A stretch of DNA of 42,512 nucleotides, from assembly GCA_003567135.1 (NCBI GenBank), contig PXAI01000332.1, positions 1-42,512 of the forward strand, read 5' to 3'. The translations under genes were made by a program, and so were the position numbers. This DNA comes from Balneolia bacterium (lineage in GTDB: Bacteria > Bacteroidota > Rhodothermia > Balneolales > Cyclonatronaceae). Below the pieces are notes generated by a model, which was not told the origin of the DNA, did not search any database, and saw only the letters and a program-made list of their open reading frames with translations. Shown piece after piece: positions 1-7,397 of this stretch. The stretch's first letter is position 1. Each line of letters opens with the position of its first letter.

Positions 1-1
1 A

Positions 2-112
2 TTCACCAGGGAAAATCTCCAGAAAACGTACGGCGGCAGGCTGAATATTCTGACGGATGTGATCGAACTCACACGAAAATCTGAATTTGTCAGAGAAAAA
101 GGGCATGATTGA
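2..112 (+). CDS. C-terminal fragment of a metal ABC transporter ATP-binding protein (5' end outside the window)
   Basis: Frame 2 is open from the window edge (FTRENLQKTYGGRLNILTDVIELTRKSEFVREKGHD*). The TGA at 110-112 overlaps the ATG at 105 of the next gene (ATGATTGA coupling). The ..ENLQKxYGG.. C-terminus and the two ABC-3 permeases downstream fit a ZnuC/MntB/TroB-type ATPase. Confidence 0.5.
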   Translation, partial: FTRENLQKTYGGRLNILTDVIELTRKSEFVREKGHD

Positions 113-1427
113 TCTTTTCTTTGAATTTTTCTCATTAGCTGATCCGAACGTCCGGTACGTGCTGGCCGGCACTATTCTGCTCGGCCTTTCTGCCGGTTCG
201 CTGGGCTGTTTTGCGGTTTTGCGGGAGCGCGCGCTTGTGGGCGATGCGGTTGCCCACGCGGTTCTGCCCGGCGTTTGTCTGGCGTTTATCGTGGCGGGGG
301 ATAAAAATCCGTATTGGCTGCTCATGGGATCGCTATTTTTTGGATGGCTCAGCATGCTCGTTATGGATATCGTAATCCGGAACAGCAAAATTTCCCCGGA
401 TGCCTCAATCGGGATGGTGCTTTCGGTTTTTTTCGGCCTTGGCGTGGTGATGCTCACCTATATTCAGTCAACCGGAAATGTTAACCAGAGCGGGCTGGAC
501 GCATTTTTGTTTGGAAACGCCGCCTCCATGCTTCCTGAAGATGTGTACGTTTTCGGCTTTGTGAGCCTGATTGTGCTGATTTGCATCGCTGTGGCTTACA
601 AAGAATTAAAAATGGTGAGCTTCGATCCGCAGTTTGCTAAATCGCTTGGCTATCCGGTAAAACGCCTGGAATTTTTGATTGCGACGCTGCTCGTTGTCAC
701 CATCACCGCCGGATTGCAAGCGGTAGGCGTGGTATTGATGGCATCCATGCTGATTATTCCGGCCGCCGCCGCGCGGTACTGGACCGACACGCTTCATGTT
801 ATGGTAATCACAGCAGGCGTTTTTGGCGCGCTGGCCGCCGTCAGCGGTTCTTGGATTAGTTATTCGGCGCCCGCCATGCCAACCGGACCGTGGATGGTCG
901 TTTCCGCCGCCATTATTTTTGCAGCATCGTTTTTATTTGCGCCAAAACGCGGCGAAGTCGGCCAGTGGTTTATGAAGCGGAAGAACTCCCGAAAAGTAAA
1001 TGAAGAGAACGTTCTCAAAACACTCTACCATCTGGAAGAAGCAGACGGAAATCAGGGGCGGATCAGAACTGAAAAGGATGTACTGAAGCGCAGAAATATG
1101 AAGGAATCCACCCTGAGAAACATCCTTAAAAAACTCGAGGCAAAAAAGCTGGTAACCTGCTACCAGGGTTCACCCAACGGATATCTGCTTACGGAAAACG
1201 GTCGACAGGAAGCCGCCAGAGTTGTGCGCGTGCACCGGTTGTGGGAGCTTTATCTCACCGAACGCCTGGAAATAAAAGGTGATCACGTGCATGATGATGC
1301 CGAATCGATGGAGCACGTTATCACACCGGAAATTGAAGAGAGGCTGGCCGAACTGCTGGGGCATCCGGTGCTTGATCCCCACAAAAGCCGGATTCCGTAC
1401 GGAAACCCAAAACCAAAGGAGGGATAG
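105..1427 (+). CDS. ABC-3 family metal (Mn/Zn) permease fused to a C-terminal DtxR/MntR-type metalloregulator domain
   Basis: The N-terminal ~290 aa is polytopic with ABC-3 motifs (DAVAHAVLPGV, SFDPQFAKSLG, MLIIPAAAARYW). The C-terminal ~145 aa has a winged-helix part (LRNILKKLEAKKLV...LTENGRQEA) plus a DtxR dimerisation/metal site (RVHRLWELYLTERL...DHVHDDAESMEHV). The track starts at TTG 87; I prefer ATG 105, which overlaps the upstream stop. Confidence 0.9.
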   Translation: MIDLFFEFFSLADPNVRYVLAGTILLGLSAGSLGCFAVLRERALVGDAVAHAVLPGVCLAFIVAGDKNPYWLLMGSLFFGWLSMLVMDIVIRNSKISPDASIGMVLSVFFGLGVVMLTYIQSTGNVNQSGLDAFLFGNAASMLPEDVYVFGFVSLIVLICIAVAYKELKMVSFDPQFAKSLGYPVKRLEFLIATLLVVTITAGLQAVGVVLMASMLIIPAAAARYWTDTLHVMVITAGVFGALAAVSGSWISYSAPAMPTGPWMVVSAAIIFAASFLFAPKRGEVGQWFMKRKNSRKVNEENVLKTLYHLEEADGNQGRIRTEKDVLKRRNMKESTLRNILKKLEAKKLVTCYQGSPNGYLLTENGRQEAARVVRVHRLWELYLTERLEIKGDHVHDDAESMEHVITPEIEERLAELLGHPVLDPHKSRIPYGNPKPKEG

Positions 1428-1428
1428 G

Positions 1429-2352
1429 ATGTCAGCTGCATTTTGGGTCATTCTTACCGGGTCATTTGCCGCTGCCGCGTGCGCGCTGGTGGGGTCGTTT
1501 TTGGTTCTCCGCAAACAGGCGATGCTCTCCGACGCCATTTCACACGCCGTATTGCCCGGTATCGCCATCGCGTTTCTGCTCACCGCATCCCGAAACACCT
1601 TCCCGATGCTGATTGGCGCCGGAATGTTCGGGTTACTGACGGTATATCTCACCGAATTTCTGCACAAAAAAGGTCGACTGAAGCACGATTCATCGATGGG
1701 CATCGTGTTTACCACGCTGTTTGCCATCGGGGTGATCATCATCACCATGTTTGCGGGGCAGGTAGATCTTGATCAGGAATGCATCCTGTATGGCGAAATC
1801 GTCTACGTGCCCTGGGATCGCTGGATTTGGTTCGATATGGATATGGGCCCCAGAGCAGTCTGGATTCTCGGTTTTGTGCTCACGCTGAACGTAATGTTTG
1901 TCTCATTCTTTTTCAAGGAGCTGAAAGTCTACAGTTTTGATCCGCAGTTTGCGGCCGCAATGGGGATTCCGGTTACGCTGATTCATTACATGCTGATGGG
2001 CTCGGTTTCATTTTCAACGATAGCCGCCTTCGAGAGCGTTGGCGCCATTCTGGTCGTTGCCCTGCTGATAGTGCCGCCGGCCACAGCCTATCTCCTGACG
2101 ACCGATCTCAAAAAAATGTTGCTTTTATCTGTATTGATTGGAGTTCTGAGCGCAATTTCAGGATATTACCTTGCCGTATTTATAAACGGCTCGGTAGCAG
2201 GCGCAATCGCCGTAATGACGGGCTTTTTCTTTGCGCTTGCCTTTTTATTTAATCCGGAATCCGGCTTTTTCTATCGGATTTTCCTTAAATCAGAGCAAAA
2301 GAAAATGATCCTGGAAATGGGAAAGCCGTCTTTGGCAAAAAAACAGAGTTGA
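1429..2352 (+). CDS. ABC-3 family metal permease, second subunit
   Basis: The ATG at 1429 lies 2 nt after the upstream stop and follows GGAGGGATAGG. MSAAFWVILTG...DAISHAVLPGIAIAF...SFDPQFAAAMG...LLIVPPATAYLL is paralogous to the preceding permease. The track ORF from 1279 is an upstream over-extension. Confidence 0.9.
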   Translation: MSAAFWVILTGSFAAAACALVGSFLVLRKQAMLSDAISHAVLPGIAIAFLLTASRNTFPMLIGAGMFGLLTVYLTEFLHKKGRLKHDSSMGIVFTTLFAIGVIIITMFAGQVDLDQECILYGEIVYVPWDRWIWFDMDMGPRAVWILGFVLTLNVMFVSFFFKELKVYSFDPQFAAAMGIPVTLIHYMLMGSVSFSTIAAFESVGAILVVALLIVPPATAYLLTTDLKKMLLLSVLIGVLSAISGYYLAVFINGSVAGAIAVMTGFFFALAFLFNPESGFFYRIFLKSEQKKMILEMGKPSLAKKQS

Positions 2353-2763
2353 ATGATTTCAACGCCTCAGAAAATTTTACTGATAGCTTCCGGTGGCGCT
2401 CTCGGCGCGGGTTTGCGGTATTCGTTTATCCTGCTGAGTCAGTACCTGGGATATTCCGGAGATCTGGCCTGGGTGATCATGGCCGAAAATATCATCGGAT
2501 CGTTTTTACTGGGCTCACTCTCCGGGTGGCTGCTGATGCGCAAAGGCCAGGCAGACAGTAAACGGATGCTTTTCCTCGGAACCGGACTGCTCGGTTCATT
2601 TACCACCTTTTCCACGTTCAGCCTCGATATCATTTACCTTTTTGAGGATTCCGTGGCGCTGATGCTCGCCTATACCATTGGAAGCCCCGCTTTGGGACTG
2701 ATTTTCGTTTTTGCGGGAATCGGGTTGGTGAGGAAAATCCTGCCGAAAAAGGGGGGTATATGA
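2353..2763 (+). CDS. crcB: Fluoride ion channel CrcB/FluC, subunit 1
   Basis: A ~135-aa four-TM protein with CrcB signatures (GGALGAGLRY, N..GSFLLG, GLLGSFTTFSTF). The ATG immediately follows the TGA of the permease. Confidence 0.9.
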   Translation: MISTPQKILLIASGGALGAGLRYSFILLSQYLGYSGDLAWVIMAENIIGSFLLGSLSGWLLMRKGQADSKRMLFLGTGLLGSFTTFSTFSLDIIYLFEDSVALMLAYTIGSPALGLIFVFAGIGLVRKILPKKGGI

Positions 2764-3131
2764 TTTTTGCCCTCGTAGTACTGACGGGCGCGTTTGGTGC
2801 GCTGACCAGATATTTTGTAAACGACTGGGTTTCAGGATGGTTCAAACACTCATTTCCGCTGGGCACGATGATTGTAAATGCCAGCGGATCGTTTCTGGCC
2901 GGATTTATTGCCGGATGGGTGATTCAATCAGGAGCGCAGCCGTTATGGGTGATTCCGATTCTTACCGGTTACCTCGGCGCATATACCACATTTTCGACCT
3001 GGATGGTGCAAAGTGCGTTTCAGATTGAGTCGGCGGAGTATATGCGCGCATTTCTCAATATTCTTGGGGGCATAGTCACAGGCGTAATTTGTGCTCTGGC
3101 CGGGATTTATCTGGGAGGAGGGCTCGCCTGA
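2760..3131 (+). CDS. crcB: Fluoride ion channel CrcB/FluC, subunit 2
   Basis: A 123-aa protein with GAFGALTRY, GTMIVNASGSFLAGF and GYLGAYTTFSTW. ATGA start/stop overlap with crcB subunit 1 points to a heterodimeric Fluc pair. Confidence 0.9.
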   Translation: MIFALVVLTGAFGALTRYFVNDWVSGWFKHSFPLGTMIVNASGSFLAGFIAGWVIQSGAQPLWVIPILTGYLGAYTTFSTWMVQSAFQIESAEYMRAFLNILGGIVTGVICALAGIYLGGGLA

Positions 3132-4604
3132 TCAGAACGGGAACTGCCGTTCGAGCACGTGCCCGCTCAGCCAGTCCTGAACCCGCTGATACTGAACGTT
3201 GTGGTAAAAACTCTGCCTCTCAAGGGTAAAATGATTAAACGGAAAACGGTCACTTCCGATTCGTGTTTGCCTGAATAAAAAAACGCGAGTCGGATCGGTT
3301 GAATCGTAACCATACGTCCATCTGATGCCTGATGATCCTATGCGTTCAGCATAAAAAGGTGGGCCGAAAAGAATAAAGATCATCCCCAGATCGGTTTTCC
3401 AGCCTTCTTTGAAGGTGGTAAATCTCCTGTTGGCGTTAACCACGCGTTCGTAGTATAGCGCCATCACGCGACGCGCTTTTTCGGTACTACCAAGATTGCT
3501 CACCCAGAAATACTCTACCGCACGAAGAAGCTCTTCCGGATCATCTCTTTTTTTCATCAGTTCGCGATAGCGGCGGTTGTTCATCAGGTAAATAAGGGGG
3601 GCGGCCAGCTCGTAAGGCTCAACTACTTCGGGGAAAAACGATGTTCGCACGCCGAAATCGCGGGCAACAAACCGAAGAGCATCAGCGCGGCCTTGGTCCT
3701 CATCCTGCGTAACAAAAACTTCAAATCGGTAATTTCCAATTTCCGGAAGCGGCACATTAAAGTTGATTTCGATAGCTCCCGTTTCACCGGTGAATTCTCG
3801 GATCTGCTCGCTGATAATTTCAGCATTACCGTAATTAATGCCCCGCCGCTCAAGTGATGATACTGACCTGTTGATTTCGGACAAGCCTCCGGCCGGTCTG
3901 AGATCAGACTCAAACCGAATCAGCCGCATATTGAGTATAAAACGTCCGGAATCATCAGGATTAATCACAAAAAAACTGAAGTCAAGGCTGTCGATACTTG
4001 ACGGGATATTATACGTGCCCACTCCGTAGGGATCCTCATCGCGATCGATCGGAATCCCTTTTATATTGATGTCAGAAACGCGAATCCGGTTTGATTCGCT
4101 GTCTGGCAGTGAAACGTTTCGCACGCGGGTATTCTGCTGGTTGGAGGTCTGATCATGCACCGTAACCTGAAGCACGTAATCACCCGGATCAATGGCAAAA
4201 CGATTGTCAACCCGTTCGCGCTGGTAACCAGGGATAATGGAATTTGACGACGGTGAAAAGCTGAACTCCTCGCTTTTCCGGATGACGTTTACCGGTTCGG
4301 CTTCATCGCCGGCATCCTGCGGTAACAGGGTATAGGTGATGACCACATCGGCGGCCTGTCCGTTGTCATCGCTTCTGCGGAAAATCAGGCTGGAGACCAG
4401 AAGATCAACGGTTGTACTAAGATAAGCGGTACCATCCTCACTGTAAGCCGGATTGGCAGCGATCACGAAATCGGGGCCATCCGGGATAAAGCCGAATTCC
4501 GAGCCGGTGTCCACGCGATCCGGTAAATAGGATGGAGAACAAGCGGCGGCCCATAAAATCAGCGCCAAAAACAGAGTGGTATGTTTTATCCGGATATAAC
4601 TCAT
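3132..4604 (-). CDS. GWxTD domain-containing lipoprotein (paralog 1)
   Basis: Lipobox LILWAAAC. The C-terminal region reads ...YFWVSNLGS..YYERVVNANRRFTTFKEGWKTDLGMIFILFGPP...DWLSG. It aligns over its full length with the ORFs at 12734-14104 and 14105-15565. Confidence 0.85.
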   Translation of the reverse strand: MSYIRIKHTTLFLALILWAAACSPSYLPDRVDTGSEFGFIPDGPDFVIAANPAYSEDGTAYLSTTVDLLVSSLIFRRSDDNGQAADVVITYTLLPQDAGDEAEPVNVIRKSEEFSFSPSSNSIIPGYQRERVDNRFAIDPGDYVLQVTVHDQTSNQQNTRVRNVSLPDSESNRIRVSDINIKGIPIDRDEDPYGVGTYNIPSSIDSLDFSFFVINPDDSGRFILNMRLIRFESDLRPAGGLSEINRSVSSLERRGINYGNAEIISEQIREFTGETGAIEINFNVPLPEIGNYRFEVFVTQDEDQGRADALRFVARDFGVRTSFFPEVVEPYELAAPLIYLMNNRRYRELMKKRDDPEELLRAVEYFWVSNLGSTEKARRVMALYYERVVNANRRFTTFKEGWKTDLGMIFILFGPPFYAERIGSSGIRWTYGYDSTDPTRVFLFRQTRIGSDRFPFNHFTLERQSFYHNVQYQRVQDWLSGHVLERQFPF

Positions 4605-4672
4605 GTCATCAATTTAACGTAACCTTTCATCAAATAATATTTTAATTAATGGTAGCTGTACCGTTAATATGG

Positions 4673-4711
4673 TCAAAAAAAAGGCTTTATCCCCATAAAG
4701 GATAAAGCCTT
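4673..4711 (-). terminator. Rho-independent terminator of the protease gene
   Basis: Perfect 12-bp stem (aaggctttatcc 4681-4692 / ggataaagcctt 4700-4711) with a 7-nt loop. On the minus strand it is followed by a T-run (A-run 4673-4680 on plus). It lies 20 nt past the stop at 4731. Confidence 0.75.
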
Positions 4712-4730
4712 GCATAACGTTCCGATGGTG

Positions 4731-6443
4731 TTACTTGAGCATCAGGAGTTTTTTTGTTTCGGTGTAATCCCCGGAAACCATTCTGTAAAAGTACACACCG
4801 CTGGAAAGGCCTGTTCCGTCGAATACAACTTCATGCGGCCCCTCGGTAACAACTTCGTTGATAACCGTTTGAATAAACTGCCCCTGCGCGTTGAACACAT
4901 CAATCCGGACTCTCCGCGTGCTGTTGATTACGAATGGAATCGTAGTCTGCATATTGAACGGGTTAGGATAGTTTTGCGCAACGTCGGCGGATCTGTTTTC
5001 GGGCAGCGCAACACCTGAGAGCGGAATCACCAGAGGGTTCGGCTCGTTTTCAGCATTATGAGTGATAACGAGCTCTGCTTCGTGTGATGATGCATCAACC
5101 GCATCATAGAGCAGGCGCACGATCCGGTTCTGGCCCGGAGATACGCTTCCTGCTGATGTTTCAGGATTGGCGATATCAAAACTGGCATCGCCTTCAATGG
5201 AAATAGTGTAATCCAGATCATTTTGAGCCAGTCCGTCGTTGATAATCACAAAAGAAACCTCGACTGGTGAACCCACGTTTGCGACTCCGTAGTCGACAGA
5301 CCTGTCGCTGACTCTGAGAAATACGTCGCGATCAAGGAAATCAGCGCAGTTAAAACCAAGTGGCCATCCCCAGTCGCCCAGTTTGCCGCAAAAAACGGGC
5401 CCTGGGGAGTGAATAGCGAAGTTTGCAGCAACCTGCGGCCTCATCAGCGCATTAGGCGTATTTGTGTAGGTACCCTGATCCAGGTGAGAATAACTTGATC
5501 CGGGGCTCCAGCTGGCCGGTGTAAAAATAGGTACTCTTTCGTTGGCATTTACGCTAACGGCGTTTTCACCAATTGCAAAAACACCGCCACGTGCGCCGGT
5601 TACCGCCTGATACAGTGCGTTTGAGTTGTTTGGGTATTCGCTGGTATCGGTAATGGAGACACCGTCGGCATCAACGTTAAAGCGATCGTAAACGGTTGGC
5701 TGTCCGCCAATTCCGTAAGCAGCGGTTTGCTGGCTCACGTTTGCCTGGATACTTCCGATGAAACCAATGCCGTGGCCAATTTCATGCAGTGCAACGGTAA
5801 CGAAGTCAAACTCGCCGGATCCGGGGTTTGCGTCTGTACCGTAGTACCAGTTATCCCGGTTACAGTTCATATTAATATTTATATCAAAATCCTCACCGGC
5901 AATCTGTGAAACATAGTCTGTACCCGTCATTGCACTGGCCTGGGCAATAGAGTACCAGGTATTGGGGATGGCTCCCTGAAAGTTTTGGATTACTCTGGTC
6001 GGGCCGGCGCTTCCCAGCGTAGTACCACCAAGATCGGCCCAGTTGGCACGAATTCGAATGGGAACAGAGGAGCTTAAGTGCGAACCCCAGAGCGCTCCGG
6101 AATACTCCATAGCAGCACGCGCCGCTGCCGGCCACTGATCGCCGCCGCAATTACTAACAAAGGTCCATTCAATATTTGCAGACTGAAGGCTGGCATCCAT
6201 CAGGTCGGCTTCGTTTTGCGGCCTTACGAAATAGTTGGCATCGTAATTACCTGGCTCAAGCGTACAGATTTCTTCAGACGGAGGAGCTTCCATTATAATT
6301 GCGCCGTCGTCGAGCACGATTTGCGCCCAGGCGGAAGAGCTGATTAACAGAATCAGAAACAATGTAAGGGCAGTTGCGGTTAGTGTCCGAATTGCTGCGG
6401 AGTGATAGTAGAGGTATGAATTCATAGATTGGTTGTTTCGCAT
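4731..6443 (-). CDS. Secreted zinc metalloprotease (HExxH) with a T9SS C-terminal sorting domain
   Basis: Signal peptide ...SSSAWA-Q and zinc motif VALHEIGHGIGFIGS. The C-terminal ~80 aa (NYPNPFN..TTIPF....RIDVFNAQGQ.....GPHEVVFDG.GLSSGVYFYRM......TKKLLMLK) matches a typical Por_Secre_tail CTD. Confidence 0.85.
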   Translation of the reverse strand: MRNNQSMNSYLYYHSAAIRTLTATALTLFLILLISSSAWAQIVLDDGAIIMEAPPSEEICTLEPGNYDANYFVRPQNEADLMDASLQSANIEWTFVSNCGGDQWPAAARAAMEYSGALWGSHLSSSVPIRIRANWADLGGTTLGSAGPTRVIQNFQGAIPNTWYSIAQASAMTGTDYVSQIAGEDFDININMNCNRDNWYYGTDANPGSGEFDFVTVALHEIGHGIGFIGSIQANVSQQTAAYGIGGQPTVYDRFNVDADGVSITDTSEYPNNSNALYQAVTGARGGVFAIGENAVSVNANERVPIFTPASWSPGSSYSHLDQGTYTNTPNALMRPQVAANFAIHSPGPVFCGKLGDWGWPLGFNCADFLDRDVFLRVSDRSVDYGVANVGSPVEVSFVIINDGLAQNDLDYTISIEGDASFDIANPETSAGSVSPGQNRIVRLLYDAVDASSHEAELVITHNAENEPNPLVIPLSGVALPENRSADVAQNYPNPFNMQTTIPFVINSTRRVRIDVFNAQGQFIQTVINEVVTEGPHEVVFDGTGLSSGVYFYRMVSGDYTETKKLLMLK

Positions 6444-6739
6444 CGTATAATTAAACAGAGCGATTAATGGGTATCTGAGTACTTAAAGAGGTTGAGGGTT
6501 AATCGCTGCATGGTCATAAATCAAGGTCAAAATAACAAATACTTTAATTTCAACGAACATTAATTTGATTATGTTCAGTTAGCACCGGAAAAGATGAACA
6601 GCTCAGCAAATGTGGGGAGCATAATCAGGCCTGAGCTTCTGAAGAAAACGAGGGGAACAGAGGGTGAAATTCGGGGTTCAAAAAAAGCTCCTATATATAG
6701 AGTGTAAAAATACTGGTAGGAAGCCGCCGGTCTGAGTAA

Positions 6740-6752
6740 CCCGGATTATTCA
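6740..6752. repeat. Left arm of a 13-bp perfect inverted repeat (CCCGGATTATTCA)
   Basis: It is the exact reverse complement of 6879-6891 (TGAATAATCCGGG), 126 bp away. A third near-copy, AGTAATCCGGG, sits at 6993-7003. Confidence 0.8.
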
Positions 6753-6878
6753 CCAAAGCCTGCCCCGACTAATTCGGGAAAAAGTCGCCGTCTTTTGATA
6801 CACCCAAATTTGAGAGAATACATATTTGTTCAAGGTTTTAATATATCAAATACTTATGTCGCATATCTTACTGCTTCC

Positions 6879-6891
6879 TGAATAATCCGGG
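6879..6891. repeat. Right arm of the 13-bp perfect inverted repeat (TGAATAATCCGGG)
   Basis: See 6740-6752. It lies inside the 954-bp ORF-free region between the protease and SusC genes. Confidence 0.8.
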
Positions 6892-7397
6892 CTAACCGGA
6901 AGATGGTAAATTATGGTTGATATCAATCAACGGAACACACAGGAGACAATTCGGGTACAGTGCTGGCGGTGTTATCAGATCTGCAGCTGATCAGTAATCC
7001 GGGAAAACTCTGATTTTACCTTAAGCGACGACACTTTTTTAGAAACGATTTCAAAAAAAATAAATCAGGGTTAGATTTTTGGGATGTTATTCTTCGATCC
7101 TTATAAAAATGTGAATCCCGCAGAAGAATTTTCTCTTTTCCTTTCAAATTATTGATAATGGATTGAATTCAATGGTATTGGCGGTATGAGATGTGCCGGT
7201 TACGGAACTGGGTTTACGGCCAAAGCAGGCTTTAGAAAGGGCATTGCGAGTTAAGGAAAAACAAAATTATTTTTTTTTGAATATCTATCCTTATATTTTG
7301 CTTTGAGCATTAATCTGCAATACTGCTTCGTGATACCTTCACCTCCAATGGAGCCTACGGGCAGTATGTTGAATTGTAATAACAACTAATCAAATCC

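Noticed and set aside
2280-2360. Fluoride riboswitch expected upstream of crcB.
   Set aside because: crcB-1 starts immediately after the permease stop codon. There is no non-coding leader, and I recognised no crcB-motif-like sequence in the preceding coding region.
6715-6765. TPP-riboswitch-like fragment (CTGAGTAACCCGGATTATTCACC resembles the CUGAGA...ACCC core).
   Set aside because: It lacks the second conserved half (CCTGATCTGGATAATGCCAGCG...GGGA), and the downstream genes are unrelated to thiamine.
6977-6993. Polylinker-like run of overlapping 6-bp palindromes: AGATCT, CTGCAG, CAGCTG, TGATCA.
   Set aside because: It is a single short stretch with no vector-like flanks, so the overlapping palindromes are most simply a coincidence. 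It may contribute to local dyad symmetry, but I cannot support any function.
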